A model generated the notes under the pieces. It was given only the letters and a program-made list of their open reading frames with translations. It ran no database searches and was not told the origin of the DNA. Source: Candidatus Sericytochromatia bacterium (GTDB lineage Bacteria > Cyanobacteriota > Sericytochromatia > S15B-MN24 > UBA4093). From it: a stretch of DNA of 64,000 nucleotides. The stretch covers positions 38,668-102,667 of the forward strand of contig JAKFBU010000043.1 in NCBI GenBank assembly GCA_036676985.1, written 5' to 3'. The position numbers were made by a program, and so were the translations under genes. Of this stretch, positions 8,845 to 18,899 are shown piece after piece (positions within the stretch are counted from its first letter, which is position 1; each line of letters opens with the position of its first letter).

Positions 8845-8948
8845 GGCGTCCCGCGAGACGGTTCCGCCCGGCCGCCGAAGGGCGCCCACCGACGTCCCTG
8901 CCGGGTCTCGGGGGTGACGTTAAGGCGCGGCAAACGCCGCGTTATGCC

Positions 8949-8976
8949 TTGACAAAGGTGCTGCCGGTGCTATACT
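8949..8976 (+). promoter_or_regulatory. sigma70 promoter of the yceD-rpmF-fab operon
   Basis: TTGACA-16 nt-TATACT with extended -10 TG. Confidence 0.75.
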
Positions 8977-9084
8977 GGTCCGGCGGAATTACGCGTCCGC
9001 CCTGGATCCGGCAGCCTGCCACGGGGCGGGTTTTGCGGATTCAAGCGTCTCATCTGGAATCGGTAGCCTGAAAGGAGGTCCCGC

Positions 9085-9582
9085 GTGTTGATCGATGTGG
9101 AGACTCTGCTGCAGGCCCAGGACAAGGACACCCTCGTCGACTTCGCCGAGGCCGTGGACTTTCCCGCCGATCTCGGAGCGCTCAAGCGTCCCCTGTCGGG
9201 CACGGTGCACATCGAGCGATCGATGGACGACCACATGCTGCGGCTGACGGGCCGGATGTCCACCTTGGTGGACCTGGTCTGCGATCGCTGCCTCGGCCCG
9301 ACACCGACCGAGGTCGCCTTCGACCTGGACGAGACGCTCGAGGTGACGGACACGCCCAGCGAGGCGCTGGAAGTCGATGACGCCATCGCGGCGACCGGGG
9401 ATCTCGATCTGTCGGATCTGCTGCGCCAAAACCTGTTGTTGCACCTGCCCAGCCGCAGCCTCTGCGGTTGCGAGCCGGCGTATCTGGCTGAGCACAAGCG
9501 CATCGACCCGCGCTGGCGCAAGCTGGAAGCCTTGCTTAACCGAACGACCGAGGAGGAATCCAAGACCCATGGCACAACCTAA
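9085..9582 (+). CDS. yceD: YceD/DUF177 family protein
   Basis: CDRCL, DLSDLLRQNLLL, IDPRW; directly precedes rpmF. Confidence 0.9.
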   Translation: MLIDVETLLQAQDKDTLVDFAEAVDFPADLGALKRPLSGTVHIERSMDDHMLRLTGRMSTLVDLVCDRCLGPTPTEVAFDLDETLEVTDTPSEALEVDDAIAATGDLDLSDLLRQNLLLHLPSRSLCGCEPAYLAEHKRIDPRWRKLEALLNRTTEEESKTHGTT

Positions 9583-9748
9583 GAAGAAGACGTCCAACTC
9601 CAAGCAGTGGCACCGCCGCTCGCACTGGAAGGCCGAAGCCCCCAACCTCACCACCTGCAAGAACTGCCGCGCTCCCAAGCTGCAGCACACCGTCTGCCGT
9701 ACCTGCGGCTACTACAACGGCAAGCAGGTCCTTCAGGTCGCTCAGTAA
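9569..9748 (+). CDS. rpmF: 50S ribosomal protein L32
   Basis: MAQPKKKTS...CKNC...HTVCRTCGYY. Confidence 0.97.
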   Translation: MAQPKKKTSNSKQWHRRSHWKAEAPNLTTCKNCRAPKLQHTVCRTCGYYNGKQVLQVAQ

Positions 9749-9778
9749 CCTGAACTCCCTTCATCGCCGGATCGCCAC

Positions 9779-10801
9779 ATGACCGACGTTCGCATTGCCC
9801 TGGACGCCATGGGCGGGGATCACGCCCCGGCCGAGATCGTCAAGGGCGCCGTGATCGCGCTCAAGGGCGATCCGGCGTTGTCGTTGACCCTGGTCGGGGA
9901 CGAGGTGCGCATCCGCGCCGAGCTCCAGGGCCAGGACGCCCCCATGGATCGGCTCTCGGTGGTGCATGCCTCCGAGGTCGTCGCCATGGACGAGGCCGCC
10001 ACGGCCGTCCGTAAGAAGAAGGACGCCTCGATCGTCGTCGCCATGGACCAGGTCAAGGCGGGTCACTGCCAGGGCGTGGTCGCGGCGGGCTCCACCGGGG
10101 CCGCCATGGCCGCCGCCCTCTTGCGGCTGGGCCGCATCCCGGGCATCGAGCGCCCCGCCATCGCGGTGGTGCTGCCCACCCTGCGGGGGCCCGCGATCCT
10201 CCTGGACGTGGGCGCCAACGTGGACTGCAAGCCCCAGTACCTCCAGCAATTCGCCGTCATGGGCAACGCCTACGCCCAGGCCGTCCTCAAGATCGAGCGG
10301 CCGCGCGTGGGGCTCGTGAACATCGGCGAGGAGCCCGGCAAGGGCAACGAGCAGACGCTCGAGGCGTACCGCCTGCTATCCGAGACCGAGGCCATCCACT
10401 TCATGGGCAACCTGGAGGGGCGGGACCTCGCGCGCGGGGCCGCGGACGTGGCGGTGGCGGACGGTTTCGTCGGCAACGTGATGCTCAAGTTTGCCGAGGG
10501 TCTCGGGGAGCTCTTTACAGGGCTCCTGAAAGACGAGATCATGAAGAGCGGCTTCATCGGCGCCCTGGGCGCGCTCCTGTTGAGGCCGACCTTCCGCCGC
10601 TTCAAGCGACGGCTCGATTACGCGGAGTACGGCGGCGCCCTCCTCCTGGGGGTCAACGGCGTCTGCGTCATCAGCCACGGCTCCAGCAAGGCGCACGCCA
10701 TCGTCAACGCCATCCGCGTCTCCAAGGAGGCCATCCTGGCCGGCACCCTGGAGCGGATTGCCGAGCCCATCGCGGCCATGTCCACGAGCGCCCCCCAGTA
10801 G
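9779..10801 (+). CDS. plsX: Phosphate acyltransferase PlsX
   Basis: IALDAMGGDHAP, LDVGANVD, DGFVGN, SHGSS. Confidence 0.97.
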   Translation: MTDVRIALDAMGGDHAPAEIVKGAVIALKGDPALSLTLVGDEVRIRAELQGQDAPMDRLSVVHASEVVAMDEAATAVRKKKDASIVVAMDQVKAGHCQGVVAAGSTGAAMAAALLRLGRIPGIERPAIAVVLPTLRGPAILLDVGANVDCKPQYLQQFAVMGNAYAQAVLKIERPRVGLVNIGEEPGKGNEQTLEAYRLLSETEAIHFMGNLEGRDLARGAADVAVADGFVGNVMLKFAEGLGELFTGLLKDEIMKSGFIGALGALLLRPTFRRFKRRLDYAEYGGALLLGVNGVCVISHGSSKAHAIVNAIRVSKEAILAGTLERIAEPIAAMSTSAPQ

Positions 10802-10811
10802 AAAGTCCCTC

Positions 10812-11828
10812 ATGACCACTTCCTTGCTTCCTGTGTCCATCGTCGGCTGCGGCTACCACGTGCCGGAGCGGATCGTGACCAACGCCGACTTCGAGCAGGT
10901 CATGGACACCAACGACGCGTGGATCCAGGATCGCACCGGCATCCGCGAGCGCCGCTTCGTGCACGAGGACCAGGCCCTGAGCGACCTGGCCATCCCCGCC
11001 GCGCGCCAGGCCCTCGCCCATGCGGGCCTGCAGGCCGCGGACGTGGACCTCATCATCGTCGCGACCTCCACGCCGGACATGTGCATGCCCAACACGGCCG
11101 CCCTGGTCCAGCACGCCATCGGCGCCCCGCGCGCGGCCTGCTTCGACATGGAGGCCGCCTGCAGCGGCTTCGTCTACGGCATGATCACCGCCGCCCAGTT
11201 CCTCGCGACGGGCATGTACCGGACGGCCATCGTCATCGGCGGCGACGTCCTCTCCAAGTTCCTCAACATGACCGATCGCACCACCGCCATCCTATTCGGC
11301 GACGCCTGCGGCGCGGTGGTCATGCAGGGCGGCGGCGAAGAGGGCCTCATCGCCTCGTACATGGGGGCGGACGGCGCCGGCGCCGAGTGCATCACCATTC
11401 CCATGGGCTCCCGGCGGCCGCCCACCGCCGAGACCGTGGCGGCCTTCGAGCACACCGTGCACATGAACGGCCGCGAGACCTACAAGTTCGCCGTCGACAT
11501 CGTGCCCAAGTCCATCCAGGCCGTGCTCGACCAGGCACAGCTGACGGTGGAGGCGGTGGACCACTTCATCCTCCACCAGGCGAACCTGCGGATCATGGAC
11601 GCCGCCGCCAAGCGCATGGGCGTTTCCATGGACAAGTTCGTCGTCAACATCGATCGCATGGCCAACTCGAGCGCGGGCACGGTTCCTTTGGCGCTCGCCG
11701 AGGCCGTCGAGGAGGGCCGGATCAAGCATGGCGACCTGCTGTGCCTGGTCGGCTTCGGCTCCGGCCTCACGTGGGCGAGCGCGCTGGTGCGCTGGACGTG
11801 CGATCGCCCCTTCCCCAACGCCAACTAG
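10812..11828 (+). CDS. fabH: 3-oxoacyl-ACP synthase III
   Basis: AACSGF, HQAN, NSSAG catalytic triad. Confidence 0.96.
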   Translation: MTTSLLPVSIVGCGYHVPERIVTNADFEQVMDTNDAWIQDRTGIRERRFVHEDQALSDLAIPAARQALAHAGLQAADVDLIIVATSTPDMCMPNTAALVQHAIGAPRAACFDMEAACSGFVYGMITAAQFLATGMYRTAIVIGGDVLSKFLNMTDRTTAILFGDACGAVVMQGGGEEGLIASYMGADGAGAECITIPMGSRRPPTAETVAAFEHTVHMNGRETYKFAVDIVPKSIQAVLDQAQLTVEAVDHFILHQANLRIMDAAAKRMGVSMDKFVVNIDRMANSSAGTVPLALAEAVEEGRIKHGDLLCLVGFGSGLTWASALVRWTCDRPFPNAN

Positions 11829-11847
11829 ACATCCCGACAGAGGTGCC

Positions 11848-12780
11848 ATGAACGTCGTCTATTTGTTCCCCGGCCAAGGCTCCCAGGTGGTCGGCATGGG
11901 CCAGGCGCTCGCCGCCGAGTTTCCCGAAGCCGCCCGCACCTTCGAGGAAGCCGAGGACGTCCTCGGCCTCCCGGTCCGCCAGCTCTGCTGGGAGGGCCCG
12001 GAAGACACGCTGCGCGCCACCGAGAACGCCCAGGTGGCCCTCTTCGTGACCTCCATGGCCGCCCTGCGCGCCCTGCGGGCCCAGGGGGCCCCCGAGCCCG
12101 CCTTCGTCGCCGGTCACAGCCTGGGCGAGTACTCGGCCGCCTGTGCGGCGGGTGCCATCGACTTCGCCCCCGCCCTCAAGCTCGTCCGCCTGCGCGGGGA
12201 GCTCATGGCGCGCGCCGAGGCGGGCACCATGGCGGCCGTCCTGGGCCTCGACGAGCAGGTGCTCGAGGGTATCTGCCGCGGTGCTGCCTCCACCGTCGTC
12301 ATCGCCAACTACAACTCGCCCGACCAGCTGGTCATCTCGGGCACGCCCGAGGGCGTGGCCGAGGCGAGCCAGAAGGCCACCGAGGCGGGCGCCAAGCGCG
12401 TCGTGCCCCTCACGGTCGCGGGCGCCTTCCACTCGCCCCTCATGGAGGTGGCCTCGGCCGAGCTGACGCAGGCCCTCAAGGCCGCGCCGTGGCGTGACAG
12501 CCGCGTGCCCGTCATTGCGAACGTGGACGCCCTGCCCACCACCCGGGCCGCCGAGTTCGCCGACAAGCTCGCGCGCCAGCTGGCCTCCAGCGTCCGCTGG
12601 ACCGACACCATGCGCTGGATGGTCGGCCAGGGTCCCGCCACCTTCGTCGAGGTGGGCAGCGGCAAGGTGCTCTCGGGCCTGGTCAAGAAGATCGACCGGA
12701 AGCTGCCGACGGCCGCGACCGAGGATCCCGAGGCGCTGCGCAAGGCCCTCGAGACCCTGTCGGCCACCGCCGAGGCCTGA
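11848..12780 (+). CDS. fabD: Malonyl-CoA:ACP transacylase
   Basis: FPGQGSQ, GHSLGEY, AFHS. Confidence 0.97.
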   Translation: MNVVYLFPGQGSQVVGMGQALAAEFPEAARTFEEAEDVLGLPVRQLCWEGPEDTLRATENAQVALFVTSMAALRALRAQGAPEPAFVAGHSLGEYSAACAAGAIDFAPALKLVRLRGELMARAEAGTMAAVLGLDEQVLEGICRGAASTVVIANYNSPDQLVISGTPEGVAEASQKATEAGAKRVVPLTVAGAFHSPLMEVASAELTQALKAAPWRDSRVPVIANVDALPTTRAAEFADKLARQLASSVRWTDTMRWMVGQGPATFVEVGSGKVLSGLVKKIDRKLPTAATEDPEALRKALETLSATAEA

Positions 12781-12876
12781 CCTGCTGCCGCAACCCTCGG
12801 TTGCGTGGTAAAATCTCAAATCTTTCGCCCACACATCCCCGACCCACCACCACACGAAAGCCACTAGAGACCCAGC

Positions 12877-13620
12877 ATGAAGCCACTTGAAGGTAAGGTT
12901 GCCCTCGTCACCGGCGGTTCCCGCGGCATCGGCCGCGCCACCGCCCTGGCGCTCGCCGAGGCGGGTGCCAAGGTGGCCGTCAACTACGTCAGCAACTCGT
13001 CGGCGGCCGACTCGGTCGTCGCAGAGATCGCGCAGCGGGGCGGCGAGGCCAAGGCCATCCAGGCCAACGTCTCGCTGGCGGCCGACGTCGAGCGCCTCGT
13101 CTCCGAGGTGACGGCCTGGGGCGGCCGGATCGACGTGGTCGTCAACAACGCGGGCATCACCCGCGACACCCTGCTGATGCGCATGAGCGAGGACGACTGG
13201 GACGCGGTCATGGACACCAACCTCAAGAGTGTCTACCTGGTCTCCAAGGCCGTGACCAAGCCCATGATGAAGCAGCGCTCGGGCCGCATCATCAACGTCT
13301 CGAGCGTGGTGGGCGTGATGGGCAACGCCGGACAGGCCAACTACGCGGCCTCCAAGGCGGGCATCATCGGCTTCACCAAGAGCCTGGCCAAGGAATTGGG
13401 CAGCCGCAACGTCCTGGTCAACGCGGTGACGCCCGGCTTCATCAAGTCCGAGATGACCGAAAAGCTGTCGGAAGACGTCCAGAAGTCCTACGTCGAGGCG
13501 CTCCCCCTGGGACGCTTCGGTGAGCCCGAAGAAGTGGCCGCACTCGTCGTGTTCCTCGCGACCGGCGGCAGCTACATCACCGGGCAGGTCTTCGGCGTCG
13601 ACGGCGGCATGCACATGTAA
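12877..13620 (+). CDS. fabG: 3-oxoacyl-ACP reductase
   Basis: [21 protein letters not shown]. Confidence 0.97.
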   Translation: MKPLEGKVALVTGGSRGIGRATALALAEAGAKVAVNYVSNSSAADSVVAEIAQRGGEAKAIQANVSLAADVERLVSEVTAWGGRIDVVVNNAGITRDTLLMRMSEDDWDAVMDTNLKSVYLVSKAVTKPMMKQRSGRIINVSSVVGVMGNAGQANYAASKAGIIGFTKSLAKELGSRNVLVNAVTPGFIKSEMTEKLSEDVQKSYVEALPLGRFGEPEEVAALVVFLATGGSYITGQVFGVDGGMHM

Positions 13621-13650
13621 CCCCCCCACACGGAAGGATACCTACCAAAA

Positions 13651-13896
13651 ATGAACGAGCAAGAACTCTTTGAGAAGGTCAAGCAGGTTATCGTCGAGCA
13701 GCTCGGCGTCAACGCCGACGAAGTGACGCAGGACAGCTCCTTCACCGAGGACCTGGGCGCGGACTCGCTCGACACCGTCGAGCTCGTCATGGCGCTCGAG
13801 GAGACCTTCGAGATGGAGATCCCCGACGAGGACGCCGAGAAGCTCACGACCGTCCGCGCCGTGCTGGACTACATCAAGAAGCATCAGCCGGCCTAA
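13651..13896 (+). CDS. acpP: Acyl carrier protein
   Basis: [14 protein letters not shown]. Confidence 0.98.
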   Translation: MNEQELFEKVKQVIVEQLGVNADEVTQDSSFTEDLGADSLDTVELVMALEETFEMEIPDEDAEKLTTVRAVLDYIKKHQPA

Positions 13897-13906
13897 GTCA
13901 GGCCTT

Positions 13907-13936
13907 GCGATCGCGCCCGTTCGTGGGCGCGATCGC
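13907..13936 (+). terminator. Hairpin after acpP
   Basis: GCGATCGCGCCC-GTTCGT-GGGCGCGATCGC. Confidence 0.5.
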
Positions 13937-14030
13937 CGTAGTGGCGCCGCTTTTCCCCCTGCGATAGAATGGGGGATCCGGGTCTGCGTGCCCCGCGGTT
14001 TGCCACGCTAGTTGGGAGTTTTCCAGTTCC

Positions 14031-15269
14031 ATGAAACATCGCGTCGTCGTCACGGGCCTGGGGGCCCTTACCCCCCTGGGGACGTCCGTGGACCAATTCT
14101 GGTCCGCCATCCAGGAAGGCCAGAGCGGCATCGGTCCCATCACCCTGGTGGATGCCTCCGCCCTGCCGGTGCAGTTCGCCGGTGAGGTGAAGGGCTTCGA
14201 CCCCACCCTCTACATGGACCGCAAGGAAGCCAAGCGCTCCGCGCGCTTCACGCAGTTCGCCATCGCCGCCGCCAAGCAGGCCTGGGAGAACGCCGGCCTC
14301 AGCCTCGACCAGGTCGACCCCGAGCGGGTGGGCGTGTTCATCGGCAGCGGCATGGGCGGCCTCGACGTCATCGAAGAAGAGGTCGGCAAGCTGCGCGACA
14401 AGGGCGCGAGCCGCGTGAGCCCCTTCCTCATCCCGACGGTCATCGTCAACATGGCGGGCGGCAACGTCGCCATCCAGCTGGGCCTCAAGGGCCCCAACCT
14501 GTGCCACGTCTCGGCCTGCTCGACGGGCGCGCACGCCATCGGCGACGCCTTCCGCCAGCTGCAGTACGGCAGCGTCGACGTCATGCTCGCGGGCGGCACC
14601 GAGGCCAGCATCACCCCGCTCGCCATCGCGGGCTTCGCGGCGGCCAAGGCGCTCTCGCTGGGCCACGCCTCGGGCGATCCCACCAAGGCGAGCCGGCCCT
14701 TCGACGCCGAGCGGAACGGCTTCGTGATGGCCGAGGGCGCGGGCGTCGTCGTGCTCGAGACCCTCGAGCACGCCCAGAAGCGCGGCGCCAAGATCCTCGC
14801 CGAGGTCGTCGGCTACGGCATGTCGGACGACGCCCACCACATCACGAGCCCCGCCCCCGAGGGCGAGGGCGCCCAGCGCGCCATGCGCCTCGCGCTCAAG
14901 GACGCGGGCCTGACGGCTGCGGATGTCAGCTACATCAACGCCCACGGCACCTCGACCGAGGCCAACGACAAGTACGAGTCGGCGGCCTACCAGGGCGTGT
15001 TCGGCGACCAGGTGCCGCCCGTCTCGAGCACCAAGAGCATGATCGGGCACCTCCTGGGCGCTGCGGGCGCGGTGGAGGCGATCACCTGCGTGCTCGCCAT
15101 CCGGGACGGCGTCATGCCCCCGACCATCAACTACGAGAACCCGGATCCCGAGTGCAAGCTGGACTACATCCCCAACCAGGCCCGCAAGGCCCCCGTGAAC
15201 GTCTGCATGTCCAACAACATGGGCTTCGGCGGCCACAACGCGAGCCTGGTCATCCGCAAGTTCCAGTGA
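14031..15269 (+). CDS. fabF: 3-oxoacyl-ACP synthase II
   Basis: SACST, AHGTST, GHLLGAAG, GFGGHN. Confidence 0.97.
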   Translation: MKHRVVVTGLGALTPLGTSVDQFWSAIQEGQSGIGPITLVDASALPVQFAGEVKGFDPTLYMDRKEAKRSARFTQFAIAAAKQAWENAGLSLDQVDPERVGVFIGSGMGGLDVIEEEVGKLRDKGASRVSPFLIPTVIVNMAGGNVAIQLGLKGPNLCHVSACSTGAHAIGDAFRQLQYGSVDVMLAGGTEASITPLAIAGFAAAKALSLGHASGDPTKASRPFDAERNGFVMAEGAGVVVLETLEHAQKRGAKILAEVVGYGMSDDAHHITSPAPEGEGAQRAMRLALKDAGLTAADVSYINAHGTSTEANDKYESAAYQGVFGDQVPPVSSTKSMIGHLLGAAGAVEAITCVLAIRDGVMPPTINYENPDPECKLDYIPNQARKAPVNVCMSNNMGFGGHNASLVIRKFQ

Positions 15270-15946
15270 GACCCGTCTCCGACTTCGTCTCCCTCCTCGG
15301 CCTCCCTCCAGGGGCCGAGGAGCTTTTTGAGCAGGCCCTGACGCACTCGTCGGTGGGCGACAGGCCCCACTACGAGCGGCTGGAGTTTCTCGGCGACGCC
15401 GTGTTGAAGCTCGTCATCGCCGAGTGGATCTACGCGCGCTTCCCGAGCCTGCCCGAGGGCGAGCTCACGAAGATCCTGACGCGCGTGGTCTCGGACGCGA
15501 CCCTGGGGGCGATCGCCCGCGAGCTCGATCTGGGCTCGTTCATCCGCCTGGGCCGGGCCGAGGCCAAGTCCGGCGGCGCGCGCAAGGTGGGCACGCTCGC
15601 GGCCTCCCTGGAGGCCGTGCTCGCTGTGGTCTACCAGACGCACGGGCATGCCGCGGTCGCCGCGCTCATCCAGCGGCTCTGGGATGCGGAGCTCACGGCG
15701 GCCGCCGCCGCTCCGGGGGCCGAGAATTACAAGGCGCGGCTCCAGGAGGAGACGCAGGAGCGCTTCGGGACCCTGCCCACCTATCGCGTGGTGGGCGGCG
15801 AGGGCCCCCTGCACCAGTACATCTTCTTCGTCGAGGTCGAGGTCGAGGGCAAGGTCCTCGGTCACGGCCGGGGCGCCTCCAAGAAGCAGGCCGAGCAGGC
15901 CGCGGCTTCCGAGGCGCTGACTGCCCTCGGGAGGACGTCGTCATGA
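15266..15946 (+). CDS. rnc: Ribonuclease III
   Basis: [11 protein letters not shown]; C-terminal dsRBD ([18 protein letters not shown]); GTG start overlaps the fabF stop. Confidence 0.95.
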   Translation: MRPVSDFVSLLGLPPGAEELFEQALTHSSVGDRPHYERLEFLGDAVLKLVIAEWIYARFPSLPEGELTKILTRVVSDATLGAIARELDLGSFIRLGRAEAKSGGARKVGTLAASLEAVLAVVYQTHGHAAVAALIQRLWDAELTAAAAAPGAENYKARLQEETQERFGTLPTYRVVGGEGPLHQYIFFVEVEVEGKVLGHGRGASKKQAEQAAASEALTALGRTSS

Positions 15947-16608
15947 CCCCCATTCTCGTCGCTCCGTCGGTGCTCTCGGCGGACTTCTCGCAGCTGGGCG
16001 CCGAGCTGCGGCGCATCGAGCACGCCGGCGCCGACTGGATGCACCTGGACGTGATGGATGGGCAGTTCGTGCCCAACCTGACCTTCGGCCCGCCCGTCAT
16101 CGCGGCCATGCGCTCGCACTGCACCGTGCCCTTCGACGTGCACCTGATGATCGAGCGTCCCGAGCTGTCCCTGGCGGCCTACAAGGAGGCGGGGGCCGAC
16201 ATGCTCACGGTGCATGCCGAGACGTGCCCGCACCTGCACCGGACGGTGCACGCCATCAAGGAGCTCGGCCTCAAGGCGGGCGTCTCCCTGAACCCCTCCA
16301 CGAGCGAGGAGGCCCTGCGCTACGTCATCCAGGACGTGGACCTGGTGCTCGTCATGAGCGTCAACCCGGGCTTCGGGGGGCAGTCGTTCATCCCGGCCGT
16401 GCTGCCCAAGATCCGGGCCCTCCGGGGGCTGATCGCGGAGACCGGCCGGGACGTCCGGATCAGCGTGGATGGGGGCATGAACAACAAAACCGCCCCTCTC
16501 GTGGTCGAGGCCGGGGCGGATGTGTTGGTGGCGGGTTCGTTTGTCTTCGGCGCGCCGGATGCGGCGCAGGCCATCGCCTCCCTCAGGGGGAGACCCGCTG
16601 GGACTTAA
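15943..16608 (+). CDS. rpe: Ribulose-phosphate 3-epimerase
   Basis: [26 protein letters not shown]. Confidence 0.97.
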   Translation: MTPILVAPSVLSADFSQLGAELRRIEHAGADWMHLDVMDGQFVPNLTFGPPVIAAMRSHCTVPFDVHLMIERPELSLAAYKEAGADMLTVHAETCPHLHRTVHAIKELGLKAGVSLNPSTSEEALRYVIQDVDLVLVMSVNPGFGGQSFIPAVLPKIRALRGLIAETGRDVRISVDGGMNNKTAPLVVEAGADVLVAGSFVFGAPDAAQAIASLRGRPAGT

Positions 16609-16784
16609 GTGTCCCGGTGCGATCGCCAGTTGGAGCGATCGGAGTCGCCCTTGTCACCGCGGTTGATGGGGCCGAAGTTGTCGGCCGGCGCCGCGGTCTG
16701 CTTGGGCGCAGGGGCGGGGAAACCCGCCTTCTTGATCGGCGTGCGGCGCACCCGATCGAATCGTGATGTTGGCTCCATTGCCAT
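16605..16784 (-). CDS. Small hypothetical protein (59 aa), not in ORF track
   Basis: AAGGAGGT RBS 4 nt before ATG; [59 protein letters not shown]. Confidence 0.65.
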   Translation of the reverse strand: MAMEPTSRFDRVRRTPIKKAGFPAPAPKQTAAPADNFGPINRGDKGDSDRSNWRSHRDT

Positions 16785-17030
16785 ACATACCTCCTTGTCG
16801 GTCTCCGGAAAATGATACCGTGCAACCGTGTCAAAAACGGTGTGCGACGCACACTCCGAGCCTTCATTAACCTACCAATCTTAATATATCTTTGCGGAAC
16901 CGTCAAGCCTTGACCCGGCCTTAACAAATCGCAAGCCGGGAGGCGTTCCAAACGGCTCTGATCGAGGAATAAACCTAATTAGCGCCCCGTGACGGGGTTG
17001 GGATGCGCTTAGTTAGGGGATTTTGACAGA

Positions 17031-17684
17031 GTGCTGCCTAAGAGACTTCTAATCGCCGCGCTGGCGGCCATGACGATGGGGTGCGGTGCGCCGCAGACCC
17101 TGGCCATGGTGGGGCCCGCGCCGACGGCTCCCGAGGCCTTCTTCATCACGCAGTACACCCACCCGCGCTTCCACCCGGAGACGGTCCCCCTCTACAACGC
17201 GAACTGCGGACCGACGAGCCTCGCGATGGCCGTGGCGGCCTTCGGCAAGGCTCCCGCGAGCGCCTCCGAGAGCCGCGAGGAGCTCATCATGTCGGTGCGC
17301 GAGGCCATGACGGGCGGACGCGACAGCAACACCTGGACCTATCCGTCCCAGTTCCCGACGGCCGCGCACCGCTTCGGGCTCGAGGCGCAGATCGTGCGCG
17401 GCGGGGCCGCGGGCGTGCTCGCGCAGCTCGCCATCCCGGGGCGCATGGTGATCGTCAACGTGAACCCGAGCCCGGCCTATGCGTCGAGGCTGACGTACAA
17501 CCTGGACGGCGGGCACTTCGCGCTCGTGACGGGCTACGACGGCGAGCGCGTGCACCTCAACGATCCGCTGGCGGACGGTCCGATGACCATCAGCCGCGAG
17601 GAGCTGGAGACGGCCCTCAACACGCCGCTGGGGCCGGGGATCGCCCCCTACCGGGGCGGGATCGCCGTCTGGAGCAAGTCTTAG
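17031..17684 (+). CDS. C39-like papain-fold cysteine peptidase, probable lipoprotein
   Basis: NCGPTSLAM (Cys), GGHFALVTGYD (His), LNDP (Asp); lipobox-like TMGC. Confidence 0.8.
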   Translation: MLPKRLLIAALAAMTMGCGAPQTLAMVGPAPTAPEAFFITQYTHPRFHPETVPLYNANCGPTSLAMAVAAFGKAPASASESREELIMSVREAMTGGRDSNTWTYPSQFPTAAHRFGLEAQIVRGGAAGVLAQLAIPGRMVIVNVNPSPAYASRLTYNLDGGHFALVTGYDGERVHLNDPLADGPMTISREELETALNTPLGPGIAPYRGGIAVWSKS

Positions 17685-17699
17685 CGCCTTTCCAAGACA

Positions 17700-17735
17700 C
17701 GAGCGCCAGGGCCTGGGCCCTGGCGCTCGTTTTTT
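17700..17735 (+). terminator. Rho-independent terminator
   Basis: GAGCGCCAGGGC-CTGG-GCCCTGGCGCTC followed by GTTTTTT. Confidence 0.85.
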
Positions 17736-17783
17736 CAGCGGGTCGATTAGGGTGCGACGACGTCCGTGCGCTCCGGGGCGGGC

Positions 17784-18899
17784 TCAGATCTCGGGGAAGG
17801 CCTTGGGCAGGGACGGCTCCACGGCGGTCGGCGGCGGGGCCGGCGCCTCGATCAGGTGATCGCGCTCGCGCTGCTGCTTCAGCCAGAACCGCAGGGTCGT
17901 GACGAGCACGGCCGTGACCGGGATGGCGAGCAGGATGCCCAGGAAGCCCGCGACCTTGCCGCCCGTGAGGACCGCCGCGATGATGAGCACCGGGTGCAGG
18001 CCGGTGGTGTGGCTCATGACGCGCGGCGCGATGATGTTGTCCTTGATCCACCAGATGAGGAGCCCCGCGAAGAGCACCTTGCCGAGCACCGCGCCCCCCT
18101 GCAGCCCCGCGAGCAGGAGCGCCGTGCCGAGGCCGATGTAGAGCCCGAAGTAGGGGATGATCTCGGCGGTGCCCCAGATGAGGCCCGCGACGATGCCGTA
18201 GTCCATGCCGATCAGCGTGAAGGAGGTCGAGGCCGCGACCATGACCACGCTCGCGTTGATGAGCTGACCGCGCAGGTAGCGGTTGAGGCTGTGGTCGAGC
18301 TCGACGCGCAGGTACTCGCCCTGGGTGGCGACCCGCAGCGGCATCAGGTCCATGAGGCTCCGCCAGAGGCGCGGGCCGTCCTTGAGGAAGTAGAAGGCGC
18401 ACACCAGGATCATCGCCATGCCGAAGAAGCCCGAGAAGGAGCCCATCAGGAGGCCCGGCAGGTTGGTGGCGGCGCTCTGGCCGATGGACTCGAGCCGGGG
18501 CAAGAGCCATGTATCCAGGCGCAAGTCCGCCTGGATCTGACGCGAGGCGAGGCGCTCGCTCAGCTGATTGAGCTGGGACTGGAGGTTGACGAGCTCGCCG
18601 GGCAGGTGGCCCAGGAGCATCTGGATCTGGCCCACCAGCATGGGGACCAGAAGGGAGACGCCGATGCCTCCGACCAGCACGAAGACCATCACCACCAGGC
18701 CGACGGCGAGCCAGCGCGGCATGCGGCGACTGAGGGGCTCGACGGCCATCTGCAGCACGTAGGCCACCAGCATGGCGCTCACGAGGATCGTGAGGACGTC
18801 CTGCAGGTAGCCCGTGGCTCGCCAGACGACGTAGCCCAGGCCGATCCACAGCAGGATCGTGGCGGTGCGGAAGAATCGTTCAGACCAGTTGTGGTTCAT
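17784..18899 (-). CDS. AI-2E (PerM) family transporter
   Basis: FYFLKDG, YLRGQL, IPYFG, PRVM...GLHPV motifs. Confidence 0.92.
   Translation of the reverse strand: MNHNWSERFFRTATILLWIGLGYVVWRATGYLQDVLTILVSAMLVAYVLQMAVEPLSRRMPRWLAVGLVVMVFVLVGGIGVSLLVPMLVGQIQMLLGHLPGELVNLQSQLNQLSERLASRQIQADLRLDTWLLPRLESIGQSAATNLPGLLMGSFSGFFGMAMILVCAFYFLKDGPRLWRSLMDLMPLRVATQGEYLRVELDHSLNRYLRGQLINASVVMVAASTSFTLIGMDYGIVAGLIWGTAEIIPYFGLYIGLGTALLLAGLQGGAVLGKVLFAGLLIWWIKDNIIAPRVMSHTTGLHPVLIIAAVLTGGKVAGFLGILLAIPVTAVLVTTLRFWLKQQRERDHLIEAPAPPPTAVEPSLPKAFPEI

Noticed and set aside
8845-8945. Possible tmRNA next to smpB
   Set aside because: Too short; no GGGG..GA 5' end, tag ORF or TCCACCA 3' end
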